In this document: positions 24,465-37,773 of the stretch, piece by piece
Layout: each line of letters starts with the position of its first letter
How positions within the stretch are numbered: position 1 is the stretch's first letter
DNA from: Octopus sinensis
Taxonomy: Eukaryota
NCBI RefSeq assembly: GCF_006345805.1
Contig: NC_043005.1
Coordinates: forward strand, 83,762,001-83,826,000
Reading direction: 5' to 3'
DNA length: 64,000 bases
Program-made: the position numbers and the translations under genes
Notes under the pieces: generated by a model
The model's input: only the letters and a program-made list of their open reading frames with translations
The model's database searches: none
Told to the model about the DNA's origin: nothing

Positions 24465-25695
24465 TAAGGAGTACTGAAAAGTTCCTGGCTTTGGGTAGAA
24501 GAAAATACAGAAGTTAATTGTGATGTTATTCAACATATTTCCTCCCTCACATTCACACACATATTGCAGCGGTCCTTAATTTTTTTTTAAACCCTGTAAA
24601 AAGAAATCGAAATGTTGGGCCTCCAACCAAGCGTCTGTAGCAGTGATCACATCCGAATTGGAGTGAAATTTTCTTCCCTTGTGAACATTCTTCAGTTGGG
24701 GAAGGAGGTGGTAATCGGAGGGGGACAAGCCAGGAGAGCAAGGAGAATGGACTACCTATTCGAAACCAAAGTCGCATGTTTTCTGTAGTTTCATGTGTGT
24801 GTATGCTGGTGCATTGTCCTGCAAGAACAGGATATTGCGGCTCAGCTTTCACGGTTGTTTCTGTTTTCAAATTTCCCTGTAGTTCGTCCAACAGAGACAT
24901 GTAGTATTCTGCATTGATAGATGACTCTATGGTTGGTATTTTATGAGTAGTATTTCGTCTTTGTCCCAGAACACTTAGGCCATAATCTTTCCAGCTGACC
25001 TCTGGCTCCAAAACTTCTCGGAACGCAGTGAACTTATGTGGCACCAGTGCATTGATTGCTGCTTGGACTGGAGATCATATGACTAAACGAGCCATAAAAT
25101 TAGCCTCTCTGGCTGCAAACCGGTCCAATATCGCTTTTGATGTTGCCACTCTGATGTGCTTCTGATCTGCGGTCAGGAATTTCGGCAACCATTTCGCATA
25201 AGCTTCCTCATGTCCAGAATGTTGTGGATGATGTGGCCAACACTTTTGCGTGAAATCGCCAGAGTTTCAGCAATGACTTTAGCTGAGATCTGGCGGTCCT
25301 CGAGAATCATGACGTGTACAGCGTCGGCTTTGTCCTCTGTGGCCTCGGAAGCTGGACGTCCTGATCGGAGTTCATCTGCAACCTCGAAACGATCAGCCTG
25401 AAAGCTTGACACCCAGATTTACATTGTGGAGTAAGATAAGCAGCCATCCTTCAAGATTTCTTTCCTGTTGCCATGAATTTCCACTGCTCCTTTGCCTTGC
25501 AGAAAGAGGAACTTCATAACAACCCGAGCTACACTTTTACCAAAATCTACCGTAGAACCTGTCACCATGAGTTAAATGTGCAAGAAAGAGAAAGATATAT
25601 TGTATACCATCGAAGTGTTCTGCATAACTTCTCCTAAATAGCTGTCGTACTTCCCTGTGAAGTTAAGGGCTCTACACTTTCACTTTCAGAACTCC
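24465..25695 (-). mobile_element. Mariner element, degraded
   Basis: TIR-like GGAGTACTGAAAAGT and its inverted match near 25680-25695; DELRSGRP HTH, QDNAP-like and SPGLSPSDYHL-like fragments. Confidence 0.85.
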
Positions 25696-26379
25696 ATCCT
25701 ATACACATACACACACACACGTGTATGTCTTTATCTAGGTGTGTTGTGTGTGTGTGTCTTTGTCCTCCACCAATGCTTGAAAACAGGTGTGGGTGTCTTC
25801 ATGTCGCTGTAACTTAGCAGTTCAGCTAAAGAAATCAAAATAAAAGGTACCAGGCAAATAAAAATAAAATAAAAAGATAGATAGAAACAAAGCATATATA
25901 AATAAATATATGCGTACACATGCACACATATTATGTATGTAGGTAGGGTAAATTGCAACTGTTTCCTCTGAATCGCAGCTGCTTATTCCATTATTACAAT
26001 TAAGTGTGTAGTTAGTGTTGTTGTTGTTGTATTGCTTGCAGAGTTACATTATAACAAACCAGGAGTTTGAAACAGTTTTAGGTATTATTTATTCCCCATT
26101 ACACACGTTTCGTTTGTCAATAGGAATTGCAAAGTTTTACGTGTTAGTGAAGCATGTCGGAGACTTCCTATTAAAAATTCTTCAGACAGAAAAGTGAATT
26201 ATACAAAACTTACATTTGGCTGAAGTGTTTAAATAGATTTAATATACAGTAGTTTTATAGGAAGTTGGGGGAAGAAGGGGAGCAAATTTAAAAGTAAAGA
26301 AAAGGGATGAGGAGTCACACACAAGGAACAATGTCATCTTTGATGAAAACTCATTCACTCTATTTTATAAATTTGGGTT

Positions 26380-26915
26380 AAGTTTATATCTAGAGACAGC
26401 AAAAAAAGCCTTTAAAACTGACTGTTTAACCCCAACTGTGAAGAATGGCAGTGATTCTGTGGTGATTCAGGTAGCCATAATATGAAATTTCTTGGCGCGA
26501 CATGGCAGATTAATGCCAAGGATTATATGAGTATTTTAGCTGACCATATCAATTCAGTGGTGTAAATATTGTTCCCTGATGGATCACAATCTTCCAGGGC
26601 AATAATGGGACATTCACATGGGTAATGTTATTCAGAATATTGTATGAAGACCACCCCTACAATCATTCCACCCAAACATAACTGAACGTTTATGATGCAT
26701 TTTGGAGTAACAAGGGAGGAGCTGTTTCCTTCCAGCATTGTTGTAGAAAGATCCAAAGAAGGCTTTATTTAAAGAATGGATCAAAATTCTCTTAACAACC
26801 ATCCAGGACTTGTACAAGTCAATTCCTCAACATATTAAATCTGTGATTAATGCCAAACATGGACCAATTCCATATTAAATAATAAAACTTCCATTTCATC
26901 CTGGTGTTTCCATCA
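26380..26915 (+). mobile_element. Tc1-like transposase 3' remnant
   Basis: INAKDYMSILADH, IFQGNNG (FQDDNA-like) and LYKSIPQHIKSVINAKHGP. Confidence 0.7.
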
Positions 26916-27085
26916 TTTTATCGAAACTCTTTTAGAGAAACCAGAGAATGGATTATTGAAATTATGTACAGCTTAGTTAGCCATTCAAAGAATTGTATTA
27001 AGGGTTCACATGCCTGTGAAATACCGAAAAGGGGATTTTTTCTCTTTTACTAAAAACTTCTGTCTTTTATCTTTTTCTTTTTCAG

Positions 27086-27267
27086 CCCATCGATGGATGT
27101 TAACTGCCAGTTCGATATTAGGCCGTTTGTTTATCTCTGCAGCTTTTGGAATCGTGTATTTATACTCTTTGGAATTATACCCAACTTGTATAAGAAACGG
27201 TGTATTGGGGACGTTATCCACCTTTGCCCGTATTAGTGGCGCTTTGGCACCTTACACTCTCAATGTT
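27086..27267 (+). CDS. SLC22 gene A exon (TM10-11): [61 protein letters not shown]
   Basis: Long pyrimidine tract ending ttcag, donor gtaagt, 182 bp, ELYPT.IR motif. Confidence 0.95.
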
Positions 27268-27375
27268 GTAAGTATTTAAATTCTTTCAGACTTTCTATTC
27301 GTTTTGTTGTTCGCCGCTTTTGTTAGTCCACCCATCGTGGAACCAGCACAACTAGTAAAGAGACAGAGATAGGCT

Positions 27376-27981
27376 TGAAACGAACTTAGTGTGAGTGATG
27401 TGAATATCTGATCTTGTACTTTCGGGGTACAAGAAAGCAATCAATCACTAGCCGTTGCTTTAATAATCCAGAATTCTACCAGTCAGAAACAACAAGACGC
27501 AGACGTGAAATATATATAACTACTTTATTCTCTTTCTTGGTAACAATAACAATAAGTGTGTTATCTGATGTCCTTGGTTCGGGGCGCGCAAGGCGCTGAA
27601 AGTTAATCGATTGTAATATTTACAATGTCCAGCCGCTAAACCAGAAAGGGGTCAAGATGGCGTCGAACAGGGAAGTTGAATGTGGTCGGCAACAATTGGT
27701 TAAAGGCATTCGGCCGACTGTTGCTATCAACCGGAGAGAAAATATATCGTGACCGCCGCCTTCAATCGCTGGGTCCCAAGTCCCCGATGACTGCTGCTAG
27801 TGGTCAAACGTTCTACGACCCCCTTGCATCGCTAACTACCACGATAGGCAAGCGGGTCGTGCTTCCGGTGGTTCGCGCATGCGCGAGAGGGCCCTTCCTT
27901 TCTCTGCCTTGGTAAAGGCACCAACACGCGCGAAATACAAATGGACGGTGCGCGAGCGCGCGCCGTTGTAGGATCACTACA
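27376..27981 (-). mobile_element. Solo LTR (606 bp), probably Gypsy
   Basis: TG...CA termini flanked by a 4-bp direct repeat GGCT (27372-27375 and 27982-27985); CpG-rich; AATAAA on the minus strand near 27525. Confidence 0.7.
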
Positions 27982-28840
27982 GGCTTATCTTTTTATGGAT
28001 TTACCTAACAACATACGAATAAAGAAATATTATCCATCAGACCAGGCACAATGGCTATAAACCTTTTGTTACCGTATTTGGGATGAAATACACTGTATTT
28101 GTTTCAAAGATTTTAGTAAACTAGGTGAGCCTTTTCTTACCACATTTCTGAAATACACAGCCTTTGTTTTAATTAATTTTGAAATAACGAAGAATTTAGT
28201 GGAATAACTTTGTCATTATTAAGCTGCTACTTCCGATGGTGAGCTGGCAGAATCATTAACAGATTGGAACACAGTTGTCAAATTAAGTACTTTTTCTCTA
28301 AATAATTTTTTTGCTTTCAAACTTTTATGCTGGTTGTTTTTTTCCTAGCACTCCTTTACAATTCCCTTCTTGATGTTTCCATTGATTATTTATTTGCAGC
28401 TTTCCACTCATCTGACCAAACATATTCATCTCTCTATATATAAAACTGAGAATGAATGTGTGTCTGTCTGTGTGTTTCCCTAAAACTTGAGAAATACACA
28501 CCCAACTTCATTCAAATTTTACACATGCCTTACTTAAGGTCCGGGGAGTGTCATCGGCAAAAAATCTTAACTTTTTCCCTAGGGTGACACCACAGCAATA
28601 TCATATCTTCTCCACTATTTCAGTATTATGTGTTAAAAGTGAAACAAAAACATCTCTCTTTTGTAATGCAGACACTTTCACTTTAATACTGAAACTATTA
28701 AAGTGAAAGTATTATATAACAGGGATGAACCGTTAACAACGGTCATCCATTTTGCTAGAAGATCCGCTATGGTCTTATATGTTACACCACTGGTTTTCAA
28801 TTCATATTAATCAAATTAATATTCAATTTTTCACCCTTAT

Positions 28841-28936
<96 letters not shown>

Positions 28937-29426
28937 TGTGTGTGTATTAGCAATTCGTATAAAATTGCATCAATGACTTGAACTTGAATAAGTGGTTTCA
29001 CATAAATGGGGATAAATTAAAAAAGTTTGTTGTTATTATTATTACTGTTTGACTATTGTAATCACATTTGTTGGTTCCTCGTCAGGGAAACGTTGTTGTG
29101 TTGCATTTGTTAAATAATTGTAAACCGTAACCCTCCCCCTTTCGGAGATTTAAAAATTGAATTGTGTCCCTGTTTGGGGAAATTGACAATATTTTCATCG
29201 TCTTTACGGAAGCATTTTTGTTAAAATGCCTTCGATAGAAGAAAATCCAAAAATGAATTTCGCTGCAGCCGTACACTTCTATACAAGAGGGAGGACAAGA
29301 TCCAATTGATCGAAATTGCAAGAGACGGGCCTACAATTCCAGTCTGTTATATATTTTGAGTATTGTTATCACTAGCGATATCAAGATATAACTTTGTATT
29401 TTGTATTTTATGTGTAGATGTATATA

Positions 29427-30685
29427 CGAGGGGCGTTCAATAAGTAATGCCCCTGACCCACTTCCCATAGCAGTAGAGCAACGACACTTGGCACAGTTAT
29501 TAGTGTTTTCCTACATAGGAACTACCCAGAGTTATGCATTTCTCCCATCGTTTGATACAGCTCTGGAGACCGTTTTTGTAGAAGACCCCAGCTTGGTCCT
29601 CCAACCACGACGTGACTTCAGAAATCAAGGCTGCATCATCTGGGAAACGCTTTCCTTTCAAAATCAACTTCATGGCTCGGAAGAGGTGAAAATCAGAGGG
29701 TGCAAGGGGAGGAGTTCATAGCTGCACACCTGTGCTTCTGATCTGGCGACACGCGAGTTGTGGACCGGAGCGTTGTCCTGCAGGAGGAGGATGCCTTTGC
29801 TGATCTTGCCCAGCCTCTTGATTTTGATAGCTTCTCTTAATTTCCTCAAAAGTGAAGCATAATAGGCTCCTGTAATTGTGGTACCCTTTGCCAGGAAATC
29901 TGTCATCACTACTCCGTCCTGGTCCCAGAAGACTGTGAGCATAACCTTGTCAGAGGAGGGCTGCACCCTTGCCTTCTTTGGAGGAGGTGAGTCACGGTGC
30001 TTTCATTGCATTGACTGGGCTTTGGTCTATGGATCATAGTGATGGACCCAGGTTTTATCCTGTGTGATCAGTCTTTTGAAAAATTTTGACTCATCTTCTT
30101 GGCACATCTCCAAATTCATCCTCGAGCACTCAACGCGTTCTTGCTTCTGGAAATGTGTGAGCAACCTGGGAATCCATCTGGCAGACACCTTTTGCATATG
30201 CAAATGGTCATGAATGATAGTTTCCACAGACCCGGTACTAATCTTGACCTTATGGGCTATTTGGCGAATAGTTATGTGTTGACCTTCCAAAATGGCAGCC
30301 TCAACTTGACGGACAGACATCTCATCAACGGCAGAAGGGGGCGACCAGATCTGGGAGCTGTTTCCACAGAGTTCCGACTATCTTTGAATTCACAATGCCA
30401 GCGTTTTACAAGGTCATATGATGGGGCATCATCACCATAAGTTACTTTCATTTCATCAAAAGTCTCCCGTGGTGTGCGTCCTTTCAAATACAAAAACCAG
30501 ATCACTGCTCGACACTCAACAGGCTCCATTTCACACTTGACTCAGTTCAAACACCTGTAAATCAGAAACCACAACTGTAATTCGCCACTTAATCTATAGA
30601 GGTATAACTAAGTGCACATGCAAAATTTCAGCTAGATCAAACAACTGCAAGTGGGTCAGGGTCATTACTTATTGAACGCCCCTCG
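29427..30685 (-). mobile_element. Mariner element, full-length with defective transposase, nested in the Helitron
   Basis: 33-bp TIRs (CGAGGGGCGTTCAATAAGTAATG(C/A)CCCTGACCC, 1 mismatch), TA flanks, HTH (RSGRP), WIPRLL, TQDKTWVHHYDP and LLQDNAPVH. The YSPDL motif is deleted. Confidence 0.95.
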
Positions 30686-30989
30686 TATATATAGATGTAC
30701 ATGTAATATGTACACATATATATACACATATATACTTGCATAATATATCTACCCATACACACATACGCACACACACATACATAGGGGCAGGTGTGGCTGT
30801 GTGGTAAAAAACTACGTTCCAAACACATGGTCCTGGGTTCAGTCCCACTGTGTGGTGACTTGGCATGTATCTTCTGCTGTAGCCTCAGACCAACAAAAGC
30901 CTTCTCCGTGGATGATTTTGTACATATATACAGGCATACATACATATATATACTTGCATACGTACATATTCGGCATAAACACTCTACCA

Positions 30990-33906
30990 CTACAACTAAT
31001 AACTGTTGGGAACACTTTCAAACCTGCCTTACATTCGAACCGGAATCTCAACGCCCGAGTTTTCCATCTGAAGTTAATCTCTCTCATGGAGCTCATACAA
31101 AAAGGGCAAGTCTTTGGGCCCATACAATGTGACATGTACACAATCGAGTGGCAAAAAAGGGGCCTTCCACATGCTCATATCCTGCTTTGGCTCTCAGCGA
31201 AGATCAATTCTAATGACATCGGCAAGATAATCTCTGCAGAGCTTCCTGATCCAGCTTTAGACAAAGAACTATACGAAATAGTTAAAGCAAACATGGTACA
31301 TGGTCCATGTGGGCGTGGATTCAACATAAACACACCATGCTTGAAGGACAGCATATGTTCAAAAAGACTTCCAAGGAGGTTTCTACAAGAAACTCAGACA
31401 GGTGCTGATGGGTATCCGTCATACAGACGCAGAAATCCAGAAGACGGAGGTTTCACAGCAACTATCGGACAGCACGATGTTGATAATAGATGGATTGTTC
31501 CATACTGCCCACTCCTGTCAAAGACTTTCAATGCCCACATCAACGTTGAGTTTTGCAACTCCGTTAAATCCATCAAGTACGTTTGCAAATATGTAAACAA
31601 GGGTTCTGACGCTGCAATGTTTGGACTTCAACAAGAATACTGCCAGGATGAGGTGACGCATTATCAGGTGGGACGGTACATAAGTAGCAACGAGGCTTTC
31701 TGGCGCATCTTTGGCTTTCCTATTCACCAACGACACCCCGCCATTTAGCAGCTTGCAGTGCACCTGGAAAATGGTCAAAGAGTGTAATTCACCGATGCTA
31801 ATGTTTCTCTGTTGGCAGAGGAACCAAAGGATAGCACACTCACTGCATTCTTCAAGCTTTGTCAAGTGGATCCATTCGCTCAAACCTTGTTGTATCCACA
31901 TCCACAGATTCCATCGTACTACACTTGGAAGGGAAAAAAATGGGCCCCACGGAATGCAGGTCAAAATGTTCATGGATACCCTGGCATTAAGTTTCACACT
32001 TGCCTTGGGCGAGTATATCCCACTCAACAAGAGTGCTTCTACCTTCGTCTACTACTGCATGAGGTCAGAGGGCCAACGTCTTTCCAGGCCCTAAAAACCG
32101 TTCATGGACATGTCTGCACAACATACAGAGAAGCCTGCTATCGACAAGGTCTGTTAGAAGATGGTGCACAATGGGATGCAACTTTAGGAGAGATGCTTTA
32201 TCACAAGTCTCAGGGCACTATTTGCAGTATTACTACAGGCATGCGAACTGTCTGATCCGGCCACTCTATGGCTCAAATATAGAGACAACTTGGCTGAAGA
32301 CTTTCAGCGTCAAGCTCAACTGCTCTATCCTGACATGGAGGGTATCAGCAATGAAATCTATAACAAAACACTCATTGACATTGAAGACAGAATTGCTAAA
32401 CTGGGTGGAAATGAATTGTCGACGTATGGCCTGCCACAAGCATTCAGGTCAGGGTCAAATAGCCTTCCCACTGATGTCATTCGTGAAACAACCTACGACA
32501 CTCAAGCGCTTTCAAAGTACATTGTTGAAAATGAGCCTAAATTACTTCCAGACCAGCTGCAGGCCTACAGAAGTATTCTTAACAGTGTACGCCAACGCGA
32601 GGGACGAATCTTCTTCCTCGATGCTCCTGGAGGAACAGGAAAAACATTTATTACAAAGATTCTCCTTGCAAAAGTTAGGCAGCATCAGGGCATTGCAGTA
32701 GCTGTAGCCTCCTCTGGCATTGCAGCTACTTTGTTACCCGGTGGCAGGACAGCACACTCAACTTTTAAACTCCCTCTCAATTTAGCAGCATCCGAAATGC
32801 CTTCATGCAACATCAACAAAAGCTTAGATCAGGGACAAGTACTTAAAATGTGTCATCTAATTGTCTGGGACGAGTGCACTATGGCTCACAAGGGAGCTTT
32901 GGAAGCATTAGATAGAGCCCTGAAAGACATCCGAGACTGTCAGGCTCCAATGGGAGGTGTAACGCTTCTGTTGTCAGGTGATTTCAGGCAAACTCTTCCT
33001 GTCATTCCGAAAAGCACTAGAGCAGATGAAGTCTAAGCATGCCTAAAGTCCTCTACCCTGTGGCATCATGTTACAATCCTCAGTCTCACCACTAACATGA
33101 GAGCTCAGCTACACGGCAACAAAATGCCCACAAAGTTTGCACAGGACATTTTGACACTTGGTGAAGGCAAGATGCCTCTCGATGCTGCAGGACAAATGGA
33201 AGTGTGGTCATTTTCCTCTGTTGTTAATTCTGTAGATGACCTCAAAAACAAAGTCTTTCCCAACTTCACACAAAACTACCAAAATCACAATTGGCTGTGT
33301 GAAAGAGCAATATTAGCTCCAAAAAACGTCGCTGTTAACAAAATTAATCAACAGCTAATGCATTCTCTTCCCGACACTATACACACTTACAAGTCTGTTG
33401 ATACAATTCCAGATATAAACGAAGTTGTGAACTATCCTCCTGAATTTCTCAATTCACTGGAGCCTCCTCGACTACCTCCACACATATTAGCACTTAAAGT
33501 TGGAACTCCTGTAATGTTACTCCGCAATCTGGAACCACCAAGACTTTGCAATGGAACACGACTGGTGATAAAGAAAATGATGTCACACGTTATCGAGGCA
33601 ATCATTCTTTCTGGATGTGGAAAAGGTGATGACGTCTTTATTCCAAGATTTCCTCTTACTCCATCAGGAGCAGAAATTCCATTTACATTCTGAAGACTGC
33701 AATTCCCCCTTCGTGTCAGCTTTGCCATGTCCATTAACAAATCTCAGGGTCAAACCCTCTCTGTAGCTGGTCTTCTCTTGGAAGAGCCCTGCTTCTCGCA
33801 TGGGCAACTGTATGTTGGCTGGTCAAGAGTAGGAACCAAAAGAAACCTTTTTGTATATGCTCCACAAGGAAAAACAAGGAACATTGTTTACAACGAGGTG
33901 TTATAA
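30990..33906 (+). pseudogene. Helitron RepHel (HUH Rep plus PIF1 helicase), disrupted by stops and frameshifts
   Basis: EWQKRGLPHAHILL (HUH), KYVCKYVNKG, LDAPGGTGKT (Walker A), IVWDECTM, GDFRQTLPV, FAMSINKSQGQTL and CFSHGQLYV. In-frame stops at about 31746, 33034 and 33691. Confidence 0.95.
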
Positions 33907-34071
33907 TCTCAACAGCCAGAGGTATATACATGATCCCCTTTTTTTTAACAAACTTCATGTACTTTCATGTATTTATATTAATGTACATGTGTGTGTGTGT
34001 ATCCATGTATATATAACAGAAAAGTCTAATTCTTCAATTGAATGTAACCGCGCAACGCCGGGTATTCTCTA

Positions 34072-34115
<44 letters not shown>

Positions 34116-35219
34116 TGTATGTGTGTGTGTATACATACACTCACCTGTGTATGTTTATGCGTTTGAATAAGATTCAAACAAAATTAAATGGTATTTTCTG
34201 GCTGAATTAAATCCTGTTTATACATGCAAGACTGAGAACAGGGAGTAATGATTGTAAAAATGAAAGCAGAAGAACAACATACTGGCAGTAAGAAGTGGCA
34301 GCACTATGAAATTGACAAATGTTTCATTAACTTGTAGTGCCAAGATCAATTCCAGGTGTCGTTCTAGCTTGGCAAAGGTTGGCCTCAGTTCAGCTGATTT
34401 ATTCTACATATACAACACAGGAAGAGCAAGTTTCCTCTGTTGGTCGTCTACAACCCGTGATGCTGTGGCTGTTGACTGTTTATTTATAGAGAGTAGCCCT
34501 AAAGATGGCAACGGAAGAAGGAAGACCTTTCGTTGGAGAAGGATAAGGGATGTATGGTGTGACCTTAACAGATAAAAAGGTGACACTGAGATTTTTTAAA
34601 TGATAAGGGCTGCAAATGGCTGCCTTAAAAAGGTAAAAAGGCTGTACAGGGCCTCTTTAAGAGGTAAAGGCTGCATAGGACTGTTCAACCAGTAACTTTA
34701 ATAACATCCTTAGAAGGTAAGCTATGGCCCTTGACAGGGAAGTATAAAGCACTGAACTAGATTCTATAAAAGACTTAACAGGATTCACAATCCACTGTTG
34801 CTTCTTAAGTGAAATTATAATCGTAATTCTTCGGTGAAAAATTAAATATAAATTGATATTTATGAATTTAGGTTTATTTTCACTTGTTTCAAAGAAAGTT
34901 TTTAAAGTATTTCAAAGAATTTTAAAAAATGAAATAAAATGAAATAAAAGCAAACAAGCAAGTAAGCATGCCATCTGGCAGATTAGAACCTGTCGACAGT
35001 TTGGTGTTAGAAAGAAAGCTCCAGCCTCCTTCCAAATATATGCTATCTTTGATGATATTCGGTCTGTTACAAGGGCAACCATTTCATTCCTGGCAACAAG
35101 GCATAAAAAAAGCAAAACAACAAAACAAAAAGTAAAAAATAAGACAAAGCGGCAGTTGAGTTGAAATTTCCAAAAATTCAAAACATCAGACCTTGCTTCT
35201 TATTAAGGTTTTTTAGGAC

Positions 35220-36310
35220 TTTAGTCCTTGCTAAATCAACTCTAAGTCTCTTGATTCCAAACCTTGCTTCCACACCTGAAATTTATTCTCTAGTTCTTGT
35301 AGTGATTCAGCAATAGGTTCAAAGTCATCAGCATAGAGGAGCTTTCACGAGTAACACATCTGAAATTCTTCTGTTATGGCCAGAAGGACTATGATGAACA
35401 AGCGGGGGCTGAGAATCGATCCTTTGTGTACACTCCTACATGTACATTGAATTCACTGTTATACTCATTGCCAACCTTCACCTTACAATCAGCATCTCTC
35501 TACCTGGTTTCTACAGCTCTCACCAATCACTCATTTATCTCTAGCCTTCTGCATTACTTATAAGTTAAGGGAGCAGGGGAACCCGTCAAAGGCTTTCTCC
35601 ATGTCAATGAAAGTAAAGTACAGAGGTTTGTTCTTGAACAAATACTTCTCCTGAAGCAGCTTCACCAAGAAGATAGCATCAGTTGTGCATCTTCCTGGCA
35701 CAAAACTAAGCTGCATTACATGAAGTCTCCCCCTTTTTAATTTTTGACCTTCTCTGTAACATTCATTACCTGTTCCAGCGATTTGATACTTTTGTAATTA
35801 TCTCTGTCTAAAGTGTCAACTTTACATTTGAAGAGATGACTATAATGTTGTTACACAAACCACTGGGTGTGTCACCTTCATGGACAACCTATCTAATTCC
35901 CTCTTACACCACCGTGTCACCTTATGTTTTGAGAGGACTTTGCACCCAGCACAAATTTGGTCAGTGGCCCCATTGCGTAGTCTCGTCAGAACCTCCACTT
36001 GTCCTCTATGTTAGTCATATATTACTATCTTCTCCTCTTCCATGCCAAATGCTTCATTTAGAACATCTCTAAATCTCTGACTATTCAGAGGATCCTTAAG
36101 CTTCCAATCTTTCTTTTCCAAACTGGTTTGCTTCTTGGCGTCTTTTTAGCCTGATCCCTGAAATCACTATTAACTAACACATGATGAAGTTTGCACTCTT
36201 CACCTGGGAAAGGTTTGTATTTATAAGCAATCAGCTTTCCTTCCTGCTTTGTGTTAGAATGTAGTCAATCTTGCTTGTGTGGTTACCACATTAATAAGTG
36301 AACAGGTGAC
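35220..36310 (-). mobile_element. RTE-clade LINE, RT remnant
   Basis: FIDMEKAFD and LLYADDF motifs on the minus strand. Confidence 0.8.
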
Positions 36311-36455
36311 AGGTTAGTTTCTTAAAGTCGTACTTGAATATCATAAGGTTGTTTGCATTGTGCACACTCATTAAATGCACAAACAAATAAATACATACAC
36401 ATATACAATGTGCACATGCATGTATATATATATATATACATATATACATATACAT

Positions 36456-36528
<73 letters not shown>

Positions 36529-36739
36529 AATAAATGAAAGAATGGAATCGAACGAAGATGTTAACAAAATTCCTTTAATAACAATGGTAGTGTTGATGGT
36601 AACAACAATAACGGTATTGTTGTCGGTGGTATTACTGGTTGTAGTACCATTAATAATACTAATAATAATAGAAATAGTGTAGTTGTTAGCGCTAATAATA
36701 ATAGTAACAACAATCATAATAAAAACTTCGTTTCGATCT

Positions 36740-37510
36740 CGAGGACAACCCCAACAGAATCAAATTTTTGTCTAGTAATTCTAAGATTAAGAATTCTATT
36801 TTCCAGTGTAGAATTTCTTCCAGTACCGATGTCTTCTTCTATATAGGAGCGTCCACTTCCCAGTTATCAAGAGAATTTCAAACCACTATTCAACATTCAG
36901 GGAGTAAAAAACGACATAGTACAGGGCTAAGTAAATTAGTTTGGCGTCTTAAGACAACAATATAATTTTCAAGTTATATTGGTTCATACTGTCTGTATCC
37001 TTTCCTTTTGATAAGGGCAGGAGATTTTGTAACATTTGTAACTCTGAACTCTTCCATATTCTTTTCTCTAAGGTTCCCCTAGTAAATACAATCATAGAAA
37101 AATCATACAAATGTAAACACTGGCAGAAACACACTTTCTACTCATATAAATGATAACGATAGTCACTGTGGTTTGAACAATTAGCTTTACGTCCACCCCA
37201 CTTCTATAAAGAAATTCTTTCCTAAGCCTTCGAACATTCTTCCCTCTCCACTTATTCCCTACCTATTATTCCTTTATCTCTTCTCTTCCTACTATCTATC
37301 TTTGACGTCAATTCTTCTAACAGTTTTTTTTAAAAAAACACTCATTATCGCTTTGTTTACCATGTAGGCAATCATCGAAATTTTTGTTTGTCTTGTTGTC
37401 GAGAGAGGGTCCCTTTCTTTCCTGATGAGAAGATTGCATAATGCACCATTTATTCCTTTGGAATGAAAACATGCTGTCTTCGAAACATATGTCGAGAGTA
37501 AAGGAATTTT
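36740..37510 (+). mobile_element. Penelope-like GIY-YIG and 3' end remnant
   Basis: FYIGASTSQLSREF..HSTGLSKLVWRLK, followed by the intact hammerhead. Confidence 0.7.
37412..37504 (+). ncRNA. Type I hammerhead ribozyme motif, intact core
   Basis: CTGATGA core (37422-37428), stem II GAAGAT/GTCTTC with extended helix, GAAA (37482-37485), palindromic stem III A-CATATG-T, GUC cleavage triplet, stem I 5+5 bp with one bulge. Confidence 0.85.
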
Positions 37511-37722
37511 GTTAACATCTTCGTTCGACTCCATTCTTTCATTTATTCATATAGAACACACACATTTCTGCACATGAACCCGGAGTTTCTACCCTTGACA
37601 GGTCGCTTCAACCGTGTTTCTGACGTGAATTTGCTACCCAGGTTTCGGTTAAACAAATTTTCCATGCTGACGATAAACATAGGATAATTGATTCACCTAC
37701 TTAAATATATATATATATATAT

Positions 37723-37773
<51 letters not shown>

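Larger units (their letters stand above)
28429..34072 (+). mobile_element. Helitron (putative full span, with nested insertions)
   Basis: 5' A|TCTCTCTATATATAAAA at 28429. 3' hairpin CCGCGCAACGCCGGG (34048-34062) then CTAG|T at 34069-34072. RepHel lies inside. Linking the 5' end to this 3' end is inference. Confidence 0.7.

Noticed and set aside
34330-34410. Kinase-like NKSAELRPTFAKLERHLE on the minus strand
   Set aside because: Isolated, preceded by a stop, and no other kinase subdomains nearby.
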